From assembly GCF_000299365.1 (NCBI RefSeq), contig NC_018655.1:1-32000 (forward strand): 32,000 bases of DNA, read 5' to 3'. The position numbers were made by a program, and so were the translations under genes. The stretch comes from Candidatus Nitrosopumilus koreensis AR1. Its GTDB lineage: Archaea; Thermoproteota; Nitrososphaeria; Nitrososphaerales; Nitrosopumilaceae. Positions 1 to 7,872 of this stretch are shown piece after piece. The notes beneath the pieces are model-generated. The model did no database searches. It was not told the DNA's origin and was given only the letters and a program-made list of their open reading frames with translations. The stretch's first letter is position 1. The number at the start of each line of letters is the position of its first letter.

Positions 1-113
1 ACTGCAGTTTGGATTCGTGGCTTTAATGCACCTTGAGGCTTTACTGCTTCACGGAGTTTGCCAGTTACGCTTTGGGTCTCTTGTCGAGCCCAAGTCTTGT
101 CGAAGTTTGGCAT
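1..113 (-). CDS. 5' end (first 37 codons) of a gene continuing beyond the left edge; hypothetical, possibly Snf7/ESCRT-III-like (CdvB-type)
   Basis: Reverse strand has ATG at 113..111, then MPNFDKTWARQETQSVTGKLREAVKPQGALKPRIQTAV with no stop through position 1. It is absent from the ORF track because it is truncated. The family guess rests only on my recollection of thaumarchaeal CdvB N-termini (KP.G.LKPRI pattern). Confidence 0.35.
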   Translation of the reverse strand, partial: MPNFDKTWARQETQSVTGKLREAVKPQGALKPRIQTA

Positions 114-217
114 GACTTGAATTTAGAAATTTAGTCTTAATGCATAGTGTAAATTTAGATCAGTTTTTGGCTAAAATTAGCTAACAAACTATATTCTGAG
201 ACTCTTTTTGTAATGTT

Positions 218-973
218 GTGGCTAGAATTGCAGTTTTTGATTCAGGACTAGGCTCACTATCCATAATTCAAGAGATGCAAAAATCATTCAAATCTCAAAT
301 CATCTATTTTGCTGATCAACAAAATTATCCATATGGCAAAAAATCTCAGGCTCAATTGAATAGAATCATGAAAAAATCTATCAAATTATTGCATGGTTTT
401 TCACCAGATTTCATAGTTGTTGCATCAAACACACCAAGTCTTATGTTAAATTTGTCTACATCAAAAATTTTTGATGTAAAACCCCCGCTTAAAGAAGCAA
501 AAAAACTCTCAAAGTCAAAACATATCGGAATTCTTGCAACTGAATCTGCCATAAGAAGTAAGGGGATGTCAAAATACATCCAAAAAAACATTTCAAAATC
601 TTTTAAAATTTCCAAAATTAATGGTTCCAAACTTGTAGATTTAGTTGAATCTGGAAAATTTCTTACAGAAAAAAAATTTTGCAAAAAAATTATTAAAAAA
701 GAACTAAAAATACTTGTTCAAAATCAAATTGATGTGGTCACATTGTCTAGTACACATTTGCCCTTCTTAAAAAAATATTTAGAACAAGAATTTCCAAATA
801 TACGATTTATTGATCCAGGAAATATTGTAGCTAAAAAAATCTTTTTAAAAATAAAAAATACACAATCAAAAAGAAATTCTTTGAAAATTTTTACCTCAGG
901 AAACATAAAGAGTTTTCAATCAAAACTGTCAAAGATAGGAATCAAAAACAAAGTTAATTTTTTGACTTTTTAG
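218..973 (+). CDS. Glutamate racemase (MurI)-fold protein of the Asp/Glu racemase superfamily; atypical, both catalytic Cys positions are Ser
   Basis: GTG start. Motifs IAVFDSGLGSLS, IIYFADQQNYPYG, HIGILATESAI, LVESGKF and STHLPFL match the canonical MurI blocks (DSGVGGL, CPYG, ESG, GCTHYP). The canonical ACNTA block reads ASNTP and GCTH reads SSTH. Confidence 0.75.
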   Translation: MARIAVFDSGLGSLSIIQEMQKSFKSQIIYFADQQNYPYGKKSQAQLNRIMKKSIKLLHGFSPDFIVVASNTPSLMLNLSTSKIFDVKPPLKEAKKLSKSKHIGILATESAIRSKGMSKYIQKNISKSFKISKINGSKLVDLVESGKFLTEKKFCKKIIKKELKILVQNQIDVVTLSSTHLPFLKKYLEQEFPNIRFIDPGNIVAKKIFLKIKNTQSKRNSLKIFTSGNIKSFQSKLSKIGIKNKVNFLTF

Positions 974-1724
974 CTTTTCTATAACCATGACTAAATTTTT
1001 TATCATATAATTTGGAATACTCGTATGTTTGTGGATCAATTACATCACTAATAATTACAATGGCAGTTCTAGTGATCTTTTCTTCTTTTAGTTTTTTTGC
1101 AATATCTGCAAGAGTTCCCTTGATTATTTTTTGATCCTTCCAACTTGCTCTATACACTACAGCAACAGGTGTTGATTTTTTGTATCCACCTGCAATTGCT
1201 TCTTTAACTAAATTTGAAATTAAATGAACACTAAGATAGAAAATTAAAGTTGCTTTGTGTTTTGCCAACTCTGAAATTTTTTCTCTTTTTGGAACTTTAG
1301 TTCTGGATTCTGCTCTAGTTACAATAATGGTTTGGGTAACTCCTGGAAGAGTCAATTGTGTTCCTAGAGCAGCAGCTGAGGCTAAAAATGCAGTAATTCC
1401 AGGTACAACTGTAGATTTTATTCCTTTCTTTGTAAGATTATCAATCTGCTCTTTTATTGCACCATAAATTGATGGATCTCCATCGTGTAGTCTTACAACA
1501 AGTTTGTCTTTTTTTGCGTTCTTGTACAATAACTCGAATATCTCTTCTCTTACCATTCCAGCAGCATCATAGAGTTTTCCTTTTTTACATAATTTCAAAA
1601 TGGATTCTGGAATCAAAGAACCAGAATAAACTATAACCTCTGCCTTCTGAATCAACTTTTTTGCTTTGACTGTAATTAGTTCTGGATCTCCTGGTCCACA
1701 ACCAACAAAAAATACATCAGACAC
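954..1724 (-). CDS. cbiF: Precorrin-4 / cobalt-precorrin-4 C11-methyltransferase
   Basis: N-terminus VFFVGCGPGDPELITVKA, then VVRLHDGDPSIYGAIKEQ, VVPGITAFLASAAALG and TPVAVVYRASW. This is the tetrapyrrole methylase fold with the CbiF/CobM pattern. The start overlaps the cbiL stop by 8 nt. Confidence 0.88.
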   Translation of the reverse strand: MSDVFFVGCGPGDPELITVKAKKLIQKAEVIVYSGSLIPESILKLCKKGKLYDAAGMVREEIFELLYKNAKKDKLVVRLHDGDPSIYGAIKEQIDNLTKKGIKSTVVPGITAFLASAAALGTQLTLPGVTQTIIVTRAESRTKVPKREKISELAKHKATLIFYLSVHLISNLVKEAIAGGYKKSTPVAVVYRASWKDQKIIKGTLADIAKKLKEEKITRTAIVIISDVIDPQTYEYSKLYDKKFSHGYRKAKKSKN

Positions 1725-2439
1725 GTTTTACCACCAGAATTGAAAAATATTTTGTAGTCAATGTATCATCATTTACTTCACCTAAAGTCATCTTTCTGAT
1801 TATTTCATTTTCAGTTCCTAGGTCTTGTCCTATTGCAAATATTGAATTATCTGGGAAACCAGATTCCTTTAGAACATTAATTACTTGATCAAAATATCTA
1901 CCATCTTTAAGAAATATCATGGATTCAGAATTTTTTGCAATCTCTTTAACACTGCTTAGATCATAACATGATGGGATTATTGCAACTTTTTCTGCACCTT
2001 CTGCAATACTTACTCCAACTTTTGATGCAAATGTAAACATTGAAACAATTCCGGGAATTACACTGATATCTATTTCAGGATATTTTTCAGTTATATCCCT
2101 GTGCATGTATATCCATGTACTATATAGAAATGGATCACCTACTGTAAGATAGACTACGTTTTTTCCTAATAATACAGTTTCAGCCATAATTTTTGCATTT
2201 CTTTTCCAAGTTTCTTCAAGGACATCTTTGTCTTTTGTCATAGGAAAGATTAGTTTAATGATCTCTTGATTTTTTGATTTGTCAATAATTGAATCAACAA
2301 CAGATAATGCGATACTGGGTCTATCTTCTTTTGAGGCAGGACACATGATAATGTCTGCATTTTGAATTGCCTTTACAGCTTTGACTGTGAGAAGTTCAGG
2401 ATCTCCAGGACCTACTCCTATTCCTATTAATCCAGGCAT
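1717..2439 (-). CDS. cbiL: Precorrin-2 / cobalt-factor-II C20-methyltransferase
   Basis: GIGVGPGDPELLTVKAVKAIQNADII, FPMTKD, LTVGDPFLYSTWIY and VIPGIVSMFTFASKVG. This is the CbiL/CobI pattern, in a co-directional cluster with cbiF and cbiT. Confidence 0.82.
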   Translation of the reverse strand: MPGLIGIGVGPGDPELLTVKAVKAIQNADIIMCPASKEDRPSIALSVVDSIIDKSKNQEIIKLIFPMTKDKDVLEETWKRNAKIMAETVLLGKNVVYLTVGDPFLYSTWIYMHRDITEKYPEIDISVIPGIVSMFTFASKVGVSIAEGAEKVAIIPSCYDLSSVKEIAKNSESMIFLKDGRYFDQVINVLKESGFPDNSIFAIGQDLGTENEIIRKMTLGEVNDDTLTTKYFSILVVKRV

Positions 2440-2474
2440 GAAAGAAGTGAATTTTCTCCCAATTAAAAGCTAGA

Positions 2475-3065
2475 TTAGATTTTGGTAGCAGAAATTATGG
2501 TTACAGGATTTCTTGCAAGCATCATGGTTCCTGTAGTTGTTTTTCTGCTCTTTGATATCGTTACCTGAGTAATGTCAACTGCTTCAAATTGCAATTTATC
2601 TAAAACTTGTAACACGGAATATAGTGTTTCAATAAGGATAATTCCAATCACAATTCGCCCTCTAGATTTTAACTTATTCTCTGCCAACTCTACGATTTCT
2701 TTGGTATCTGCACCAGTTCCTCCAACAAATATTACATCAGCATCTTCAAGTTTGGATATTTCCTCTTTAGCGTTTCCAAATATTGCCGAAATATTTGAGA
2801 TGCCAAATTTTTTTGCATTTTTTTTTGTCAAATCTACTGCGTTTTGATCATAGTCAATTGCCAAAACTTTTCCAGACGACTCTACCTGAAGTGCCGATTC
2901 TACAGAAATAGAACCGCTACCACAACCAATATCATAAACAGTCTGTCCTGGTTTTAGTCTTGCCTTGCTGATTTGTATGGTTCTTACTTCTTCTTTTGTT
3001 ATGGGAACTTTTTCGGTTCTTTCAAACTCTTCATCAGGAATTCCAGGAGTTTTGTAATTCCACAT
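2475..3065 (-). CDS. cbiT: Cobalt-precorrin-6B C15-methyltransferase (decarboxylating)
   Basis: PGIPDEEFERTEKVPITKEEVR followed by the SAM-binding motif VYDIGCGSGSISVE. Size is about 196 aa, and it sits in the cbi cluster. Confidence 0.82.
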   Translation of the reverse strand: MWNYKTPGIPDEEFERTEKVPITKEEVRTIQISKARLKPGQTVYDIGCGSGSISVESALQVESSGKVLAIDYDQNAVDLTKKNAKKFGISNISAIFGNAKEEISKLEDADVIFVGGTGADTKEIVELAENKLKSRGRIVIGIILIETLYSVLQVLDKLQFEAVDITQVTISKSRKTTTGTMMLARNPVTIISATKI

Positions 3066-3095
3066 TAGACAATCACCTTTTGTAGGATGATTCTG

Positions 3096-3572
3096 CTAGA
3101 TGTTAATTCCAGTAGAAACACTTCCAGAATGAACTAGTGTATAAGTTACAATCCATGTAAACAAATACAAGAAAACATAGCTACCAATCGCTTGTGTAAC
3201 AACCTTCTTTCTGTCTGAAGATGGTAACTGCATCTTCATTCCCTTTGCAATAATTATTGTTCCAAAAAATACGATAATCATAAATCCAATAGATGCCCAT
3301 CTTCTTTCTTCCCCTTCAATGTCTTCAAAGATGAAGGTTGCTGCAGTACCAGCAATAACCGCTAGTGCTACACGTAGCCAAAATAATTTATTTAATTTTC
3401 TATCTTTTTCACTTTTCTCAGCCTCACTAATTTGAGGTTCCTTGGGTTTTTCAGGAGTCGTAGATTCTGGTTTTTCTGTTTCAGGAATATCTGTTGACTC
3501 CTCTTTAGACTCCTTCTTAGAGTCTTCAGGCTCAGGTGTGGGTTTTGATTTTTTCTTTTTGAATCTTGCCAA
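3096..3572 (-). CDS. Small membrane protein of unknown function with a Pro/Glu/Lys-rich N-terminal tail and three predicted TM helices
   Basis: TTG start (no in-frame ATG until deep in the TM region). The N-terminal ~75 aa are low-complexity (KKKSKPTPEPEDSKKESKEESTDIPETEKPESTTPEKPKEPQ). Hydrophobic stretches follow: LFWLRVALAVIAGTAATFIF, WASIGFMIIVFFGTIIIA and AIGSYVFLYLFTWIVTYTLV. Confidence 0.55.
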   Translation of the reverse strand: MARFKKKKSKPTPEPEDSKKESKEESTDIPETEKPESTTPEKPKEPQISEAEKSEKDRKLNKLFWLRVALAVIAGTAATFIFEDIEGEERRWASIGFMIIVFFGTIIIAKGMKMQLPSSDRKKVVTQAIGSYVFLYLFTWIVTYTLVHSGSVSTGINI

Positions 3573-3666
3573 TTAAATTTCTAGCGTGTCTCAAGCAAAC
3601 CATGTTTAATATCTTTGGTCAAAAATTGAGCACGTCATAGCAAGGGTATAATTTTAGATGTAAAAT

Positions 3667-5622
3667 ATGATAGCTATGGCATTATCTGGAATAGAATTAC
3701 GATATTTGGTAGATAAAATCTCAGAGCAAGTTGAAGACTACTATGTAAGTAACATCTATGGGATAACAAAAGACAGCATACTCTTCAAGCTACATCATAC
3801 TGAAAAGAGTGATCTCTTCATGATGATCTCGACTTCAGGAGTTTGGTTAACTGAAGTAAAAATTGATCAAGTGGAACCAAACAAGCTACTCAAAAGATTA
3901 CGAAGTGATCTTCTCAGGTTAAAATTAAAAAAGATAAAACAGATTGGGGCAGAACGAATTGCGTACTTTACATTTGAAGGATTTGGAAAAGAGTTTGTGT
4001 TAGTTGGTGAATTTTTTGGTGATGGGAATATCTTACTCTGTAATGATGAAATGAAGATTCTAGCATTGCAGCATTCAATTGATGTAAGACACAGAAAGCT
4101 AAGTGTAGGTTTAGAATATGTCACGCCTCCTCAAAGTGGGCTGGACATTTTTAATTTATCAGAATCTGACTTTGAAGATATTAAAACTACTGAACTGGTC
4201 GCAGCAAAATGGTTTGGAAGAACTCTGGGTTTACCAAAAAAATATGTTGAAGGTATTTTTGAAATTGCAAACGTAGATCCAAAAAAAATTGGAAATCTCT
4301 TAACTGATTTAGAAATTAAAAGAATCTTTGAGACCACAAAAAAAATTGTTTCAGATATTATTTCAGAAAATCATGATCCTGTAATTGTAAGAAATGAAAA
4401 AACAGAAGTTTTGCCAATCCAGCTTGGAAAATTAGAAGGTAATGTTACTAAAACAAACAGCTTCATAGAAGGACTAGATACTGTTTTTACACAAAACATC
4501 GTAGAGAAAGGAAAATCCATCCAATCAAGTGGTTCTAGTAAGAAGATAAAGGAACTCCAAACCCAAATTTCTGAGCAAGAAAAAGCAATTGAAACAGTAA
4601 AAGAGAGATCAAAAAATATCACAAATGTAGCAAATTCTCTTTTTGAGATGGTCTCAAAAGGAATTATATCAATTGAGGATGCATCGGCCCAAGAAATTTT
4701 ATCAAATAACAATGCAAAACTGATTACTGAAAAAGGAATTCCACTAATTGTAATTCAGGATGAAAAAATAAAGATAAACATCAAAGCTCCTCTTCAGTCA
4801 ATTGCATCTACATTATTTAATGAAGCAAAGAAGCAGTCAGGTGCAATCAGCTCAATCGAAGAGATCAAATCAAAAACCTTGAAAAAATTAGAAAAATTAC
4901 AAAATAAAACGGACTCTGAAAAAGATTCAGTTCTGGTTTCTGAAATTAGAAAGAAGAATTGGTATGAAAGGTATAGGTGGTTTTACACATCTGATGGATT
5001 TTTGGTAATTGGTGGCAGAGATGCTGCATCAAACTCAGCTGTTGTAAGAAAACATTTGGCCAAAAATGATAAAATTTTTCACGGTGACATTTTCGGTTCT
5101 CCATTTTTTATTATCAAAGATGCACAAAATGCACCTGATACTAGTATGAATGAAGTTGCACATGCTACAGTTTGTTTTAGTAGAGCATGGAGAGAAGGAA
5201 TGTATGGTGTAAGTGCATACTGGGTTAATCCAGAACAAGTGAAAAAATCTGCTCCAAGTGGAGAATTTCTTCCAAAAGGATCATTTACAATTGAAGGACA
5301 GAGAAATTTCATTAAGAGTGGAAATCTCAAACTAGCTGTGGGAATTATACCGCAAGAAGATGGCTATGCGTTAACATGCGGCCCTCCAGATCCAATTAAA
5401 AAAAACTCGATCTGTTATGCAATAATTGAACCTCAAGGAATTGAGATGGTGGATGCTGCAAAAAAAATTAAGATAGAGTTCTTAAAAATTCATGAAGAAA
5501 TTACTAAAAAAATTAGTATTGATGAATTTGTTCGTGTAATGCCTGCAGGAAAAAGCCAGGTAAAAGATGTGAGTAGGGGCGAAGCAGATATTCAAAATTT
5601 TATTGATAGTGAATTGGATTAG
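3667..5622 (+). CDS. NFACT-family protein (fibronectin-binding protein A N-terminal / DUF814; archaeal Rqc2/RqcH homolog)
   Basis: The N-terminal NFACT-N-like region is LSGIELRYLVDKISEQVEDYYVSNIY. A central coiled-coil-like Lys/Glu/Ser-rich segment follows. The C-terminal NFACT-R/DUF814-like block is WFYTSDGFLVIGGRDAASNSAVVRKH...IFHGDIFGSPFFIIK. The true start may be the second ATG at 3676 (MALSG...), which sits about 25 nt from a TATA-like box at 3647..3656. Confidence 0.78.
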   Translation: MIAMALSGIELRYLVDKISEQVEDYYVSNIYGITKDSILFKLHHTEKSDLFMMISTSGVWLTEVKIDQVEPNKLLKRLRSDLLRLKLKKIKQIGAERIAYFTFEGFGKEFVLVGEFFGDGNILLCNDEMKILALQHSIDVRHRKLSVGLEYVTPPQSGLDIFNLSESDFEDIKTTELVAAKWFGRTLGLPKKYVEGIFEIANVDPKKIGNLLTDLEIKRIFETTKKIVSDIISENHDPVIVRNEKTEVLPIQLGKLEGNVTKTNSFIEGLDTVFTQNIVEKGKSIQSSGSSKKIKELQTQISEQEKAIETVKERSKNITNVANSLFEMVSKGIISIEDASAQEILSNNNAKLITEKGIPLIVIQDEKIKINIKAPLQSIASTLFNEAKKQSGAISSIEEIKSKTLKKLEKLQNKTDSEKDSVLVSEIRKKNWYERYRWFYTSDGFLVIGGRDAASNSAVVRKHLAKNDKIFHGDIFGSPFFIIKDAQNAPDTSMNEVAHATVCFSRAWREGMYGVSAYWVNPEQVKKSAPSGEFLPKGSFTIEGQRNFIKSGNLKLAVGIIPQEDGYALTCGPPDPIKKNSICYAIIEPQGIEMVDAAKKIKIEFLKIHEEITKKISIDEFVRVMPAGKSQVKDVSRGEADIQNFIDSELD

Positions 5623-5986
5623 CAGAATCAGTGTCAAGTGATAATTTCATTCCGTTATTAATTGAAGAAAATTCTTTCTCAGATAGAATTACTAGTGGTA
5701 TGTTTGCAAGTGCACACCCAGTAGCCACTGTAAGATCTGCCTTTTGACAAATCATTGCAAGAGGTGCAGTACCATTTGATTTGATAGAATAAATTGTATA
5801 TGCGCCAACACTACTTCCAACACCTGAAGGAAAAACTAGAATCGTATCTTTGATTGATTTTTGATATAGGTCATGACTTTTGTCACTAATGACTCCAGTT
5901 TTTTTATCTACCGTACCTAGAAAATTAATGGCATCTCTTGATTTTAGGACGGTCCCTTCAACTTTTCCTGAAACTAATACCTTCAT
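5600..5986 (-). CDS. Aconitase X swivel-domain protein (DUF126); probable small subunit of phosphomevalonate dehydratase
   Basis: 128 aa. VLVSGKVEGTVLKSRDAINFLGTVDKKTGVI, VFPSGVGSSVGAYTIYSIK and NGTAPLAMICQKADLTVATGCALANIPL fit the DUF126 pattern. The start overlaps the DUF521 gene stop by 4 nt. The product name follows from the AcnX-type dehydratase of the archaeal mevalonate pathway. Confidence 0.72.
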   Translation of the reverse strand: MKVLVSGKVEGTVLKSRDAINFLGTVDKKTGVISDKSHDLYQKSIKDTILVFPSGVGSSVGAYTIYSIKSNGTAPLAMICQKADLTVATGCALANIPLVILSEKEFSSINNGMKLSLDTDSANPIHYQ

Positions 5987-7137
5987 CTCGTCTCATCTTC
6001 TATGATTTGGGATAGTGGTTTTAGATTTACACCAACACCATTGGAATTTTTTAGATAAAATGCACCCTTGATGCTATTAGTGGTGACTGCATCAACATTG
6101 TCTTTGTTAATTAGAGGAGTAAGACAGGTACAACAATCAGAGAGAATCTCGCATCCAGCACGTTCTAATTCATTTGTATAACCAATCTTTCTTGCTTGTT
6201 CTTTTACAGTTCTTGGAGTAAATACCATGCATCTCTTCTCAAATGAACGACCCTTTAGTTTTTCAGCAAGATCTGAAATCTCTTCTAACCCTAACTGTGG
6301 ACTACCAAGTGTAATGATATCACCTTTCTCAGATGTGTTTAATTCATCATGAACGTTTTGCATTGCTTTCTCATCAAAATCTATTTTTTCAGAGTCTGGA
6401 TCGCCTTCTCCAAAAATAAATTTGGCACACGTTCCAGAAGTTCCCATTCCACCACACATTGCCTTACATTGACGATTATCCATCTCGCCTAAACCCAAAA
6501 TATTTACAGAAACATCTCCAACTTTACCTGCAAAAAATCCTAACATTCCATATGTGAGTTCATTTGGATTGTCCACTTTCATTTTGATTGTTACGTTTGG
6601 AGAATCATCTTTACGCAATGATGAATATGGACTTTTTCCAGTTAATGCACTAGCTAAAGCACTAAACGCACTTTCCTTATTTGTTTTCAAGTTATCATAA
6701 GAATTTGCATGAATTGCTGCATTGCTTTCTGCAAATGCAACCTGAGTTCCATCTTTTGGAATATCAAAAATTTCGTAAGGTATACATGAAAAAGATGGAA
6801 TCACACCCATTGCCTCATAGGATTTTCTAATCGATAGTTGTTTTGAAATAAAATTCTCATCTAAACCATAATCATGTACATTGTCAATATCAAATCCCAT
6901 TGGATTCAGAGTTGTCTTTACTTTTACTCTGGCATCTTTACTAATATTTGAGAGAAATTCCTCACCTGCATCACCTATGGTGTTGTAATTCACTCCTGAG
7001 AGATGGGTCCATTCAATTGGGATCAGTTTTTCTGCATCTGTTGCCTCGCCTGTTGCGACAAGAATTCTGTATGCCATTTGCATAATTTCACCTTGCTCGC
7101 CTTTTAGTGCAGATTCTTCTCCTCTAGTTAATTCCAA
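5983..7137 (-). CDS. Aconitase X catalytic-domain protein (DUF521); probable large subunit of phosphomevalonate dehydratase
   Basis: 384 aa. The N-terminus LTRGEESALKGEQGEIMQMAYRILVATGEATDAEKLIPIEWTHLSGV is typical of DUF521. There are Cys-rich segments (CGGMG, SDCCTCLTP). It is paired with the DUF126 gene. Confidence 0.78.
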   Translation of the reverse strand: MELTRGEESALKGEQGEIMQMAYRILVATGEATDAEKLIPIEWTHLSGVNYNTIGDAGEEFLSNISKDARVKVKTTLNPMGFDIDNVHDYGLDENFISKQLSIRKSYEAMGVIPSFSCIPYEIFDIPKDGTQVAFAESNAAIHANSYDNLKTNKESAFSALASALTGKSPYSSLRKDDSPNVTIKMKVDNPNELTYGMLGFFAGKVGDVSVNILGLGEMDNRQCKAMCGGMGTSGTCAKFIFGEGDPDSEKIDFDEKAMQNVHDELNTSEKGDIITLGSPQLGLEEISDLAEKLKGRSFEKRCMVFTPRTVKEQARKIGYTNELERAGCEILSDCCTCLTPLINKDNVDAVTTNSIKGAFYLKNSNGVGVNLKPLSQIIEDETR

Positions 7138-7159
7138 TGAGAGTGATTTGGATTTACAG

Positions 7160-7167
7160 TTATAATA
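7160..7167. promoter_or_regulatory. Single TATA-like element (TTATAATA) centred between divergent gene starts 7137(-) and 7187(+)
   Basis: It is the only strongly TATA-like stretch in the 49-bp intergenic region. It lies about 23 to 27 nt from both start codons, consistent with leaderless transcripts in both directions. Confidence 0.3.
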
Positions 7168-7186
7168 CTTGTACGTAGTTTTTCAT

Positions 7187-7840
7187 ATGAAAATGGAAAA
7201 AATTCTAGCTAAAATGATGGATACGATGAACTCTGTAAAGACTCCACGAATAACTGCACTAAGAGATCTTCATGATGCAGAGACAGGACCATTTAGTATT
7301 TTGATTGGAACCATTCTTTCTGCAAGAACAAAAGATGAAAGTACAACTAAAGTGGTCAAAATATTATTTTCAAAATATAAAAATCCAAAACAACTTGCAA
7401 ACGCTAAGCTAAAAGATGTTGAAAAAATAATAAAACCAATTGGTTTCTATCATGTAAAATCTAAAAGAATCATTGAAGTTGCAAAAATAATTGATTCGAA
7501 ATACAAAGGCAAAGTTCCTGAAGATCTAGAAACACTAGTAGAGTTGCCAGGAGTGGGAAGAAAGACTGCAAACTGTGTCTTAGTTTATGCATTTGAAAAA
7601 CCAGCAATACCAGTTGACATTCATGTTCATAGAATTTCAAACAGAATAGGCTTAGTTGATACAAAAAATCCTGAAGAAACAGAACAAGAATTGATGAAAA
7701 AAATTGATAAAAAATTCTGGATTGACATCAATGATACTTTTGTAATGTATGGCCAAAACATTTGCAAACCAATATCCCCAATGTGTGATGTGTGCAAAAT
7801 AAAAAGAAACTGCAAGTTTTACAAATCTAAAATAACATAG
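7187..7840 (+). CDS. nth: Endonuclease III (HhH-GPD DNA glycosylase/AP lyase with a 4Fe-4S cluster)
   Basis: HhH motif LVELPGVGRKTANCVL, catalytic-Asp region PVDIHVHRI, and C-terminal C-x6-C-x2-C-x5-C (CKPISPMCDVCKIKRNC). I prefer ATG 7187 (or 7193) over the track's TTG at 7169, because a TATA-like box at 7160..7167 lies about 23 nt upstream of 7187. Confidence 0.9.
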   Translation: MKMEKILAKMMDTMNSVKTPRITALRDLHDAETGPFSILIGTILSARTKDESTTKVVKILFSKYKNPKQLANAKLKDVEKIIKPIGFYHVKSKRIIEVAKIIDSKYKGKVPEDLETLVELPGVGRKTANCVLVYAFEKPAIPVDIHVHRISNRIGLVDTKNPEETEQELMKKIDKKFWIDINDTFVMYGQNICKPISPMCDVCKIKRNCKFYKSKIT

Positions 7841-7849
7841 ACATGAACT

Positions 7850-7872
7850 GTTTTTCTTAAATTTTTTATTTT
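7850..7872 (+). terminator. Candidate oligo-T archaeal terminator downstream of nth
   Basis: T5 (7851..7855) and T6 (7862..7867) runs lie within 30 nt of the nth stop (7838..7840). This is sequence pattern only. Confidence 0.3.

Noticed and set aside
352-906. Antisense track ORFs 352..684 and 724..906. The same applies to others of this kind: 1255..1467, 2572..2847, 3867..4712, 5035..5330, 7470..7891, 10373..12094, 13487..13771, 14246..14509, 15296..15505, 16519..16737, 17100..17396, 18510..18770, 21783..21980, 23608..23802, 24341..24538, 25036..25221, 25789..26790, 27978..28319, 30103..30366, 31725..31919
   Set aside because: All lie entirely within, and antisense or out of frame to, genes with strong family signatures. 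Their translations are low-complexity or hydrophobic noise typical of AT-rich shadow ORFs.
7169-7186. TTG-initiated 6-codon N-terminal extension of nth (MYVVFH)
   Set aside because: The TTG lies immediately after the TATA-like box (7160..7167), so it would sit upstream of any plausible TSS. ATG 7187 has the expected ~23-nt spacing.
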